A stretch of DNA of 64,000 nucleotides from Candidatus Rifleibacteriota bacterium (GTDB taxonomy: Bacteria; Muiribacteriota; Ozemobacteria; Ozemobacterales; Ozemobacteraceae), in contig JAFPZP010000083.1 of assembly GCA_017417215.1 (NCBI GenBank), forward strand, positions 906-64,905, written 5' to 3'. The notes under the pieces are model-generated. The model was given only the letters and a program-made list of their open reading frames with translations. It searched no databases and was not told where the DNA came from. Below are positions 45,749 to 54,481 of this stretch, piece by piece. The stretch's first letter is position 1. Each line of letters starts with the position of its first letter. A program made the translations under genes and the position numbers.

Positions 45749-46831
45749 ATGCCCAAAATTATACTTACTGGCGACAGACCAACAGGGAAACTTCATATAG
45801 GGCATTATGTCGGTTCTCTCAGACCCAGAGTCCAGCTTCAGAATTCTGGGGAATTTGATAAAATACTTATAATGATTGCTGATGCTCAGGCACTTACAGA
45901 CAATGCTGACCACCCTGAAAAAGTCAGACAGAATATTATAGAAGTTGCATTAGATTACTTATCTGTAGGCTTAGATCCTAAGAAATCTACAATATTTATT
46001 CAGTCACAGATTTCTGAACTTACCGAACTAAGTTTTTATTATATGAATCTTGTTACAGTAAGCAGAGTTCAAAGAAATCCTACTGTTAAAGCCGAAATAC
46101 AGATGCGCAATTTCGAAGCAAGCATACCAGTTGGTTTCTTCACCTACCCTATCAGCCAGGCTTCTGATATCACAGCTTTCAAAGCTACTGATGTTCCAGT
46201 CGGTGAAGACCAGAAACCAATGCTTGAACAGACTAGCGAAATAGTCCATAAATTCAATTCTATTTATGGCGATGTTCTTGTAGACCCCAATATCATTCTT
46301 CCTAAGAATGATGCTTGTTTGAGACTACCGGGCACTGACGGCAAAGCCAAAATGAGCAAGTCTCTCGGCAACTGCATTTATCTAAGTGATCCGGAATCAG
46401 AAATCAAAGCTAAAGTTATGAGCATGTTTACTGACCCCAATCATTTAAAAGTTTCTGACCCAGGTAATATTGAAGGTAATACAGTATTTACATACCTAGA
46501 CGCATTCTGTAATGACGAACACTTTGTTAAATATTTACCTGAATACAAAAATCTTGATGAATTAAAAGCTCATTATCAGCGCGGTGGTTTGGGTGACATG
46601 AAGGTTAAGAAGTTCCTTAATGCTATTCTTCAAGCTGAATTAGAACCAATCAGAAATAGACGCAAAGAATATGAAAACAACATAGACTTTGTTTATAATG
46701 TTCTAAAAGAAGGCTGTGATAAAGCTAGAGAAATAGCTTCACAGACTTTAAAAGAAGTTAAAGCAGCTATGAAGCTTGATTATTTTGATACTGAAGAATT
46801 CTTAAAAGAACTTCACACAAGATTTAAATAA
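45749..46831 (+). CDS. trpS: tryptophan--tRNA ligase
   Basis: It has a HIGH-type motif (GKLHIGHYVG), KMSKS (AKMSKSLGN) and GEDQKPMLE. Confidence 0.93.
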   Translation: MPKIILTGDRPTGKLHIGHYVGSLRPRVQLQNSGEFDKILIMIADAQALTDNADHPEKVRQNIIEVALDYLSVGLDPKKSTIFIQSQISELTELSFYYMNLVTVSRVQRNPTVKAEIQMRNFEASIPVGFFTYPISQASDITAFKATDVPVGEDQKPMLEQTSEIVHKFNSIYGDVLVDPNIILPKNDACLRLPGTDGKAKMSKSLGNCIYLSDPESEIKAKVMSMFTDPNHLKVSDPGNIEGNTVFTYLDAFCNDEHFVKYLPEYKNLDELKAHYQRGGLGDMKVKKFLNAILQAELEPIRNRRKEYENNIDFVYNVLKEGCDKAREIASQTLKEVKAAMKLDYFDTEEFLKELHTRFK

Positions 46832-46842
46832 ATTAAAAAAAA

Positions 46843-46869
46843 GGGGGCTTGTTAAGCCCCCCTTTTTTT
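46843..46869 (+). terminator. Rho-independent terminator of trpS
   Basis: The sequence is gggggctt-gtt-aagcccccc followed by T7, preceded by an A-run. Confidence 0.8.
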
Positions 46870-46922
46870 ATATATTTATTAATAGAGTTACATATAATAA
46901 AACTATTTATCAGAAGGAAAAT

Positions 46923-47516
46923 ATGAATAAAAATATAATTAAAATATTTATATTAGTAATTTTAACCGCATCTTTAACAGGCTGCGGTAAAACAACCTCT
47001 GAAAAAAGTTATTGGGACTCATTTAAAAGATCTTTCAAAGACAGTGCATATGAGCTAAGCGACGATGCTGATATAGAATACGCCCTTTTCAGCAATAATT
47101 GGATGGTCAGAGCAGAACAAAATTCAAGATTAGCAGAATTATTGAAAAGAATGATTCACAAAAAGCAGAATGATGTTCAAATTGAGGTATTAGAAGGATA
47201 TTACACCTTTAACTATGAACATAACGGTCATAGAAGTTATTATCTTGATATAGCCGCCTATTGCAAGATAAATGGCGAATATAGATGGCTGTTCATAGAC
47301 TGTGGGCAAGCCTATGTTGATTCAAAACATTTACACCTTGATAAAAAATGGTATCTTAGTCTTCAAGATGCAGATAAGAATGATGTTGAGGAACCCTGGG
47401 CCTGGTGTTACTATGATAAAGGTGAAATAGAAGATAGTTTTTGGAAGCCTTACTTTACATATTGTTCAGAAAATTATATGTATATGGAAAATGGGGTTTA
47501 TTTGAAGAGTTATTAA
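46923..47516 (+). CDS. hypothetical lipoprotein (197 aa)
   Basis: It has the lipobox LTASLTGCGK. I recognise no domain. Confidence 0.55.
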   Translation: MNKNIIKIFILVILTASLTGCGKTTSEKSYWDSFKRSFKDSAYELSDDADIEYALFSNNWMVRAEQNSRLAELLKRMIHKKQNDVQIEVLEGYYTFNYEHNGHRSYYLDIAAYCKINGEYRWLFIDCGQAYVDSKHLHLDKKWYLSLQDADKNDVEEPWAWCYYDKGEIEDSFWKPYFTYCSENYMYMENGVYLKSY

Positions 47517-47520
47517 GCAA

Positions 47521-47946
47521 ATGGAAGACTTAGTTATTAATGATAAAATCATCATTCCTGAAGAACAGATGACTATTAGTGCAGTTAGGTCATCGGGTCC
47601 TGGCGGTCAAAATGTCAACAAGGTTTCAACCTGTATTGAATTGCGTTTTAATCCGAAAAACTGCTCTCAACTAACAGAAACAGTTATAAATAAACTGCTG
47701 ACAGTCAACAAGAACAAACTTGATTCGGAAGACTGTTTAATAATAACAAGTCAGAAATACAGAGAACAGTATAGGAATATAGAAGATGCCAGAGAAAAGC
47801 TTCGCAATATGATTTTGGAAGCATTAAAAGTCAAAAAGAAAAGACGACCTACAAAACCAACAAAGGCTTCTATAGAAGAAAGAATGGCATCTAAGAAAAT
47901 TCAAAGTCAAAAGAAAGCAAGCCGAAGCAAAAAATACGATGATTAA
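47521..47946 (+). CDS. arfB: alternative ribosome-rescue factor ArfB (GGQ peptidyl-tRNA hydrolase)
   Basis: It has SSGPGGQNVNKVSTCIELRF and a basic C-terminal tail (KKKRRPTKPTKAS...KKASRSKK). Confidence 0.88.
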   Translation: MEDLVINDKIIIPEEQMTISAVRSSGPGGQNVNKVSTCIELRFNPKNCSQLTETVINKLLTVNKNKLDSEDCLIITSQKYREQYRNIEDAREKLRNMILEALKVKKKRRPTKPTKASIEERMASKKIQSQKKASRSKKYDD

Positions 47947-48218
47947 ATATTGCTTTCGTAGGGGTAGCAAACAGTTATAACTTTAGGGATTTCTGTATCT
48001 TTGACTATTACTTTTATATCATCACCATTGTAGCGTTCACCAACAATAGCAAGCTTTTCACCGCCACGTTCTGACCATTTATCTACAACTCTGCCATTCA
48101 TCAATGCATCTTCAACCTGTTTAATAAAGATATCTCTGGCTATCATCTGGTCGTAGGCGTGTTTAGTCATTTCGTAGTCGCCATTTGCCACAAGTTTTGC
48201 TATTCGTCTGCGTCCCAT
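47943..48218 (-). CDS. small DUF4258-like (toxin-fold) protein
   Basis: 91 aa. MTKHAYDQMIARDIFIKQVEDALMNGRVV...VIVKD...VITVCYP follows the H-x-x-x-M-x-x-R-x-I pattern I associate with DUF4258. The stop overlaps the end of arfB by 4 nt (convergent genes). Confidence 0.4.
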   Translation of the reverse strand: MGRRRIAKLVANGDYEMTKHAYDQMIARDIFIKQVEDALMNGRVVDKWSERGGEKLAIVGERYNGDDIKVIVKDTEIPKVITVCYPYESNI

Positions 48219-48314
48219 TTTTTCCCTCTTTTTTTCTCTATATATTTAAATTCTAACTTTTATTTTACATATAGTAAATGAAAAATCATGGCAAAGGTAA
48301 ACTTTTTTTGACGT

Positions 48315-48533
48315 CTACACATTGTCATAATTGTATTAAGGCGAAAGTAAACATTTTGACGTCTACACATTGTCATAAACGTATAGCTTTCAGGGCTAAA
48401 GCCCATACGCTATACTTTTTATGACAAATGTGTAGACTTATAAAATTAAGTATGTTCAGCCTATCCATTGTCATAATCATATAGCTTTCAGAGCTAAAGC
48501 CCATACATTATACTTTTTATGACAAGTGTGTAG
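48315..48533. repeat. cluster of family A elements: one left-arm stub (48315-48330) + two full 73-nt copies (48363-48435, 48461-48533)
   Basis: The leader ttttgacgt+ctacacattgtcataa occurs twice, at 48306 and 48354. The two full copies are separated by 25 nt. Confidence 0.9.
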
Positions 48534-48614
48534 ACTATTAATTATATATAGATCTGTAGCTAATTTGTCCTAGTATAGTTGAACGTATAAAATATACTGT
48601 ATATAATAAAGGCT

Positions 48615-49256
48615 ATGAAGATTAAAACTCAAATAGAAAACGCAGATATAGAGCAGGTTAAAGAATACTTATCAAAAAAAGATAAGTACATGGCAAAGTT
48701 TCTAAAAATAGCCCCGGAATTTAATCTCAAAATAAACTCTTTAACTTCAGTCTATCATTCTCTTATTGAATCTATAATATCCCAGCAATTAAGCGGCAAA
48801 GCTGCAAGCACAATATTCATGAGACTATGCAATCTATTCAATTCAAAACAGATTCTTCCATTAGATATAATAAGAAGTGATGATGATGAGCTTAGAAGCG
48901 TCGGTATTTCCCGACCAAAGATTGCAGCTATACGAGATTTAACTGATTTTGAACTAAGCGGCAAACTACCTGATTTAAAAAAGCTTCATAAAATGAAGAA
49001 TGAGGAAATAATAGAAAACTTAACTCAGGTTAAAGGAATAGGCCGATGGACAGTCGAAATGCTGCTTATATTCAGACTTGGTAGAATAGATGTTTTTTCC
49101 AGCAAAGATCTAGGATTAAGAAAAGGTTTTGCTGTAATAAAAGGCACCTACCCTAACCTTCCTAAAATAGAAGAAATAGAGCAATATGCTGAAAAATATT
49201 GGAAGCCATATCGCTCTATTGCTTCATGGTATCTTTGGAGAGCCTGTGAAGGATAA
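48615..49256 (+). CDS. HhH-GPD DNA glycosylase (AlkA-like 3-methyladenine glycosylase II)
   Basis: It has SIISQQLSGKAASTIFMRL, a helix-hairpin-helix (VKGIGRWTVEMLLIF) and the catalytic-Asp context SSKDLGLRKG. Confidence 0.75.
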   Translation: MKIKTQIENADIEQVKEYLSKKDKYMAKFLKIAPEFNLKINSLTSVYHSLIESIISQQLSGKAASTIFMRLCNLFNSKQILPLDIIRSDDDELRSVGISRPKIAAIRDLTDFELSGKLPDLKKLHKMKNEEIIENLTQVKGIGRWTVEMLLIFRLGRIDVFSSKDLGLRKGFAVIKGTYPNLPKIEEIEQYAEKYWKPYRSIASWYLWRACEG

Positions 49257-49260
49257 AAAA

Positions 49261-49285
49261 GCGGATAGTTGCTTGCTCAACCTTC
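49261..49285 (-). repeat. truncated 3' terminus of a family B element, overlapping a gene end
   Basis: The + strand gcggatagttgcttgctcaacctt equals the first 24 nt of B copy 2 with one mismatch. On the minus strand it reads ..GAAGGTTGAGCAAGCAACTATCCGC-TTTTTT and contains the TGA of ORF 49277..51031. Confidence 0.7.
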
Positions 49286-51031
49286 AGGAGTGGTAAATAT
49301 CCATTGAGACAGAAGGATTTCACCATTCTGGGTCTTTTCCAAGAAAAGCAAACCGCTTATTGGCTCGAATGCAACGTCTCTGTTACAAACTTTTTGAGGA
49401 CCCTTTATCTTCCAAAACATTCTGCCATTATTTCCAATAAGGGCTAATGTTCTTGAATTGTCTTCTGTTGAAGAAACCAGTAATTCGCCATCTATTCCAT
49501 TGGGACCTAATTCAAGATTAGTCGGCTCAAAATATTCACTAAATGTGTATTTAATGCCATTCTTTTTACCAGCATAATCATAAAGATTAGCTTCCCAGCG
49601 TTTTTCAGCATTTTTATTCATAGACCAGAATAAACCATTATCTACTGGCACTGTCGTATAAACTTCAGGCAAAGTTACAGGAGCTGATTCATTTTTAGAC
49701 AAGAAATAAGCATTGTTTCCACCAGAAAGAATAACACCCTTATCACAGGCTTCAATTCTACAGGAATCATAAGGTCCTTTAGACCATTTTGGGAAAGCAT
49801 GACCGCCAATCATGCCCTGTTCATCCAGATATATGATTTTACCAACAACAACATCATAATCTATTATTTTAGTTGATGTATTAAGCTTATGATTCTTTAT
49901 ATTACCATTGGTTAAATCAACAGTGATATATTTCCCATTAGAAGCCAAAATGAATGCCAAATTCTTATAGACACGAATTCCTACAAGATTTGAAGAGATT
50001 TCTAAAGGTATTTTTGCTATATTTTTGGTTTTTATCTCCATTGAAGCAAAATTAGAAGAAACGCCTTTGGCTTTACTCCATTCTAAGGGTTTAACAATAA
50101 ATTTTGTTTTTGGAGCTGTTTCAAAATTTGCTTCTGCCTGGAATACTTTGTTTCCTGCAACTTGAATATAGCGATTCATTGAAGTAGGAGGAACATACTG
50201 TAATTTTTCCAGAACTTCACCACATTTACTAACTTTTAGAAGGTCTAATACTCCTTTATAACCATCTTCTGGTATCATAGAAAGAATAAGAGAGCCGTCA
50301 TCTGTCAAAGAGTTAATTTTCAAATTAGTATTATTAATGAAGCCTAAGTGTGTACTATTAAGCAACTGACCTTTTGAAGAATAAACCCTATGGAAATAAC
50401 CTACATTTTCACAATAATTAATCAAATGTAGATTTGCATATTTATCAACAACAAAACCAGTTGATTGCCAGTAGTATTCTCTTAAAAATGAACCTGTTGA
50501 AGTAAAGACTGACAATTTACTTCTTCCTATATCTCCAACATAAAGTCTACCGCCAGCATCAACTTCAATCTGATTGACCTGTATAATTTTACCGGGTTCG
50601 TTTCCTGCCCCACCTACCTGAGCTAAAACCTTACCATCAGCAATGGATATCTTGCGGATAGTGTTATCTGCAGCATTTGCTATCCAAACAGATTCAGGAT
50701 TATTCAAATCATTACCGACTAATGCAAAGTCTTCTAACAACTTAAACCCTTCAAGACCTGGAACAACAACGGTTTTAACCAGATTTCCCTTTTCATCAAA
50801 GCAACTGAGTTTTCCGGCTATTGAATCTAAAACCCATAAATTATTATTTATGACTCTGAAAGAGAGAGGTCCATAAGGAATATCTTCTGCAAACTTGGGG
50901 GTATTATTACTATTATAAAAAGCTACCTTGCCTTTTTCATTTCCATAATCAAGATTCCATGTCTGAGCCTGACAGCTAGCAGATGCCAAGCTCAGCATAG
51001 TTGCAACACAAAGAAGAGAAATAGATTTCAT
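49277..51031 (-). CDS. secreted beta-propeller-like protein (584 aa)
   Basis: It has a signal peptide (MKSISLLCVATMLSLASASCQA). NHL- or YVTN-like strands recur (NTIRKISIADGKV, GRLYVGDIGRSKLSVFTSTGSF). The domain call is weak. Confidence 0.5.
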   Translation of the reverse strand: MKSISLLCVATMLSLASASCQAQTWNLDYGNEKGKVAFYNSNNTPKFAEDIPYGPLSFRVINNNLWVLDSIAGKLSCFDEKGNLVKTVVVPGLEGFKLLEDFALVGNDLNNPESVWIANAADNTIRKISIADGKVLAQVGGAGNEPGKIIQVNQIEVDAGGRLYVGDIGRSKLSVFTSTGSFLREYYWQSTGFVVDKYANLHLINYCENVGYFHRVYSSKGQLLNSTHLGFINNTNLKINSLTDDGSLILSMIPEDGYKGVLDLLKVSKCGEVLEKLQYVPPTSMNRYIQVAGNKVFQAEANFETAPKTKFIVKPLEWSKAKGVSSNFASMEIKTKNIAKIPLEISSNLVGIRVYKNLAFILASNGKYITVDLTNGNIKNHKLNTSTKIIDYDVVVGKIIYLDEQGMIGGHAFPKWSKGPYDSCRIEACDKGVILSGGNNAYFLSKNESAPVTLPEVYTTVPVDNGLFWSMNKNAEKRWEANLYDYAGKKNGIKYTFSEYFEPTNLELGPNGIDGELLVSSTEDNSRTLALIGNNGRMFWKIKGPQKVCNRDVAFEPISGLLFLEKTQNGEILLSQWIFTTPEG

Positions 51032-51044
51032 TTAAGACCTCAAA

Positions 51045-52166
51045 TTATACTTTTCTAAGAACTCTGGAAATAGGAGCACCATTAATATCAGAAATACGTG
51101 GTGTTCTTAAAGAAGAAGAATTATTCATTGCTTTATAAGTATTACCTTCTTTAAGAATAATACCTATGTGAGTATCTTCGTCTTTAATTCCGTCACCAGT
51201 ATAATCGTAGGTTTTCCATGTAATAACGTCGCCTTCCTGATAAGGTGGAGGAGTTACTTCAACCCAGCCTTTTTCTTTTAGTTTTCTAACACTTGTTCTA
51301 CAATCCAAATAAACAGCATCGAGAGCACCTGCATTTTTAAGAGCAGTAGTTGCAACCTTAGCGCAAGCAAGATTACCATAGTCAACATCTGCAGTTCTGA
51401 AAGCAGTGCTGCCTACCAAAGCTCTAGCCTGAGCAACAATATTCTGTTGCAAAGTTCCATTATTTGCAGCAACAGCATTGCCTGTATCTGCATTTGAATT
51501 TGAACCGGAACTAGTATTTGTATTAGAAGTCATTGATGCATATGATGCACTTAATTGTGCAGAAGGCGCATCTATATATTTCTTAGAAACAAAAGCTTCG
51601 TTTCCATTTACCTTTATTTTATACCAGTCACCAACTTCTCCAAGAATGTAAACCTGGTCGCCACCATTTAGCTTTGAAATTACATCGCCAGATGGAGTTC
51701 TGTAAATATTCAAGCCGTTACTGTTATTAACAACTCCGTATCTGATAGCAGTCTGACCTTGGTGATCAGGAGTAGTTACCCAGTTATGATGGATATAACA
51801 TACTTTGCCATTATAATTAATTTTATACCAATCACCTAATTCGCCAATTATAGAAACCTTATCACCATTATGATAGGTACCCATAACATCGCCCCATGGG
51901 CATGAACGAATATTAAGAGCAGATGCGGTTATTATACCATTAACGGGCTTATCATAATCCTTGGTACCCCCGTTGGTATTGTTGGTATCATTACTATTGC
52001 TAGTTGAAGAAGATTCTGAAACTTGAATATCAGCAGTTTCTAAAGAGCTGGTCTTGTTTTCTACATTCACTGAACCAGAATCATCGAAAGGAGTATAAGC
52101 CCAAATTGGTGCAGCTATTAGTGCAGCAACCAATATTAGTAATAATGAAATATAATTCTTCTTCAT
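51045..52166 (-). CDS. secreted 2xSH3b protein with a C-terminal Cys/His peptidoglycan-hydrolase-like domain
   Basis: It has two SH3b units (ALNIRSCPWGDVMGTYHNGDKVSIIGELGDWYKINYNGKVCYIH and GLNIYRTPSGDVISKLNGGDQVYILGEVGDWYKIKVNGNEAFV). The C-terminal part has NLACAKV ... DTHIGII. Confidence 0.55.
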   Translation of the reverse strand: MKKNYISLLLILVAALIAAPIWAYTPFDDSGSVNVENKTSSLETADIQVSESSSTSNSNDTNNTNGGTKDYDKPVNGIITASALNIRSCPWGDVMGTYHNGDKVSIIGELGDWYKINYNGKVCYIHHNWVTTPDHQGQTAIRYGVVNNSNGLNIYRTPSGDVISKLNGGDQVYILGEVGDWYKIKVNGNEAFVSKKYIDAPSAQLSASYASMTSNTNTSSGSNSNADTGNAVAANNGTLQQNIVAQARALVGSTAFRTADVDYGNLACAKVATTALKNAGALDAVYLDCRTSVRKLKEKGWVEVTPPPYQEGDVITWKTYDYTGDGIKDEDTHIGIILKEGNTYKAMNNSSSLRTPRISDINGAPISRVLRKV

Positions 52167-52318
52167 TATATTCCCCCTTAAATATATATATTTAATAATA
52201 CCATAAAAAAAATCAAAAGTTTAACCATATTTACGCCTATAAATTAGTTAAAAAGATTGATTACCTTTTAAAATTTGTGTATATTTTTTGAAAAAGTTGC
52301 CTCTTTTGGGGAGTAAAA

Positions 52319-53536
52319 ATGATAAATTTAAAAAAATTTTCGTTTTTCAGTACATTACCTACACGAGAATTAGAAAAATTAAATAAACACTGCCGATTTC
52401 AGCAATATACCTCAGGAACTACTATTCTTATCGAAAAAGAAGAAATAAAAGATCTTATTTTTGTAGTAGAAGGTCAGCTTTCTGTTTTAAAGAATTACGG
52501 TGGCGAAAAGAAGATATTATTTAATCTAGACCCAGGTGATGTATACGGAGAAGTTGAAATACTCAATGGGACAAAAGCTCTCTCAACAATAATAGGTTAC
52601 CAGGAAGTTCAGTTGATGTTCATTCCTAAGGAAATCTATCTGAGATTAATAGGTCTATACCAAGGTTTTGCCAAAGAATCAAGAGACCTTTATACAAGAA
52701 GAGCAAATTTATTGTTGGAAGAAACCGAAGATAAGGGGCAGCCAGCCAGAGTTATAACTTTCTTTAATGTAAAAGGCGGTGCAGGTAAATCAGTTATATC
52801 TTCAAATGTTGCCTGTATGCTTGCTAGATTTTGGAAAAAGCGTGTAGTTTTAATAGACTTAAATCTTGCATTTGGTGACCAAGCCATTCTTTTGGGTTTA
52901 ACCTGCGAAAAAAACATTCATAAATTAGTCAGTAAAAAATCATTAAAACTCTCCCATATCGAAGAACAATTAACTCTGCATCAGCCTTCGGGTTTAAAAG
53001 TCCTACTACCTCCTCCTTCACCTGAACTGGCAGAAACAATTCGTCCACAACTAGTTGAACGTATTATAGATCTACTTAAGCCTCATTATGACTTTATCAT
53101 TATCGATACACATAATCAGATAACAGATATGGAATTAAAGATATTAGACTTGAGTAATCTTATTATGCTGGTTATGACAATGGAATTAACATTTATAAAG
53201 AATACAAAGGTTCTTTTAGATCTATTCCAGAGATTGCAAATTCCAAGAGAAAAAGTAAAAGTTATTCTAAACCGTGCATTCAAATCTTTAGGTTTGGAAC
53301 CGGCAAAAGTAGAAAAATCACTTCGTTATGCAATAAGCTATTTTATTCCATCTGAAGGCGACATCGTTGTTCCCTCAGTAAATAAAGGAATGCCTTTTGT
53401 TCTTTCTAAGGGAAGCGATGGAAGTGGTATATTAGCATCTTTAAGACAACTTTGTTCTAGTATTGCCGGTGAAAATACTGATAATGGAACATGGAGCATG
53501 TTTGCTCTATTTAAAGAAGTATTTGGATTAGGTTAA
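52319..53536 (+). CDS. cNMP-binding-like domain fused to a CpaE/MinD-type P-loop ATPase
   Basis: The N-terminal beta-roll is IFVVEGQLSVL...GDVYGEVEIL. The ATPase has VITFFNVKGGAGKSVISSNVA (deviant Walker A with both lysines) and DFIIIDT (Walker B). Confidence 0.75.
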   Translation: MINLKKFSFFSTLPTRELEKLNKHCRFQQYTSGTTILIEKEEIKDLIFVVEGQLSVLKNYGGEKKILFNLDPGDVYGEVEILNGTKALSTIIGYQEVQLMFIPKEIYLRLIGLYQGFAKESRDLYTRRANLLLEETEDKGQPARVITFFNVKGGAGKSVISSNVACMLARFWKKRVVLIDLNLAFGDQAILLGLTCEKNIHKLVSKKSLKLSHIEEQLTLHQPSGLKVLLPPPSPELAETIRPQLVERIIDLLKPHYDFIIIDTHNQITDMELKILDLSNLIMLVMTMELTFIKNTKVLLDLFQRLQIPREKVKVILNRAFKSLGLEPAKVEKSLRYAISYFIPSEGDIVVPSVNKGMPFVLSKGSDGSGILASLRQLCSSIAGENTDNGTWSMFALFKEVFGLG

Positions 53537-53573
53537 AATTTTAAATATTGATATTAATAAAAAATATCTATAA

Positions 53574-53604
53574 CCCAGCAAAAATAATTATTTGCTGGGT
53601 TTTT
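53574..53604. terminator. hairpin terminator shared by convergent genes
   Basis: The sequence is cccagcaaa-aataatta-tttgctggg followed by T5. The PP2C stop codon (53588-53590) lies inside the loop and stem. Confidence 0.5.
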
Positions 53605-54460
53605 CATTATTATCATCTTCTTCGTCTTCTTCATCAATAAAAAGACCCAAGAATTTATGTAAAAAGCCTTGTTTTTTCTTAGAATTCTTTTTATGAACAA
53701 TTTCGCCACTAAGCTGACCAGAAGATATTTCATCCAAGTCATTTTCTACAGATGCAATAACAACAGATACATTATCTTTACCACCGTGTTCTAAGGCTAA
53801 CTGAATTAGTTTCTGAACACAGTCTTTAGGATTCATATTATCTCTAAGAACACCTGCAATCTGAGAAGCAGTAACTTCGCCATGGAGCCCATCTGAACAA
53901 AGAATAAATCTGTCACCAGATTTTAAAGGACCTGATGAAACGTCAACTTTAACAGTATCTTCGTGTCCAACATATCTGGTAATGGAATTCTTATAAGGGT
54001 GCGTGCTCTTTTCTTCTTCACTGATTAAACCGCGCTGGAAAAGCTCTTCAACATATGAATGGTCAACAGTCAGCTGTTGGAGCTGATTATCTCTATATCT
54101 ATATATTCTGCTGTCTCCAACATAACCTAAGCAGTATTCTTTTTTACGAAAAGCTAATAAAACACAGGTGCAACCCATTCCGCTGGCTTCTGGCTTTTCT
54201 TTCTGCATCTTACGAACATTTGCATTAGCATCAGTAATAGCATTATTAACTATACGAGACAAAGCCATATCTGATTCTGCATTTTCAAAAGCAGCGTTAA
54301 CGGAATCTTTAGCTATTTGCGAAGCAACTTCGCCGGCAGCAAGACCGCCCATACCGTCGGAAACCATTCCAAAAGCATGAGTATCAGAGGTTAGAAAAGC
54401 ATCTTCATTGTGGTCACGAACCTTTCCAACATTTGTTTCACCATAAAATGAATATCGCAT
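53588..54460 (-). CDS. PP2C-family Ser/Thr phosphatase
   Basis: It has GKVRDHNEDAF, VSDGMGG, LCSDGL and GGKDNVSVV. Confidence 0.9.
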   Translation of the reverse strand: MRYSFYGETNVGKVRDHNEDAFLTSDTHAFGMVSDGMGGLAAGEVASQIAKDSVNAAFENAESDMALSRIVNNAITDANANVRKMQKEKPEASGMGCTCVLLAFRKKEYCLGYVGDSRIYRYRDNQLQQLTVDHSYVEELFQRGLISEEEKSTHPYKNSITRYVGHEDTVKVDVSSGPLKSGDRFILCSDGLHGEVTASQIAGVLRDNMNPKDCVQKLIQLALEHGGKDNVSVVIASVENDLDEISSGQLSGEIVHKKNSKKKQGFLHKFLGLFIDEEDEEDDNNEKPSK

Positions 54461-54481
54461 TTACCTCATCACTCCTTTCGC

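Noticed and set aside
48315-48533. Possible CRISPR array (repeated units with short spacers)
   Set aside because: The units are 73-nt self-complementary palindromes. There are only 2.5 of them, with unequal spacing, and identical units are dispersed singly elsewhere in the window. No cas genes are present.
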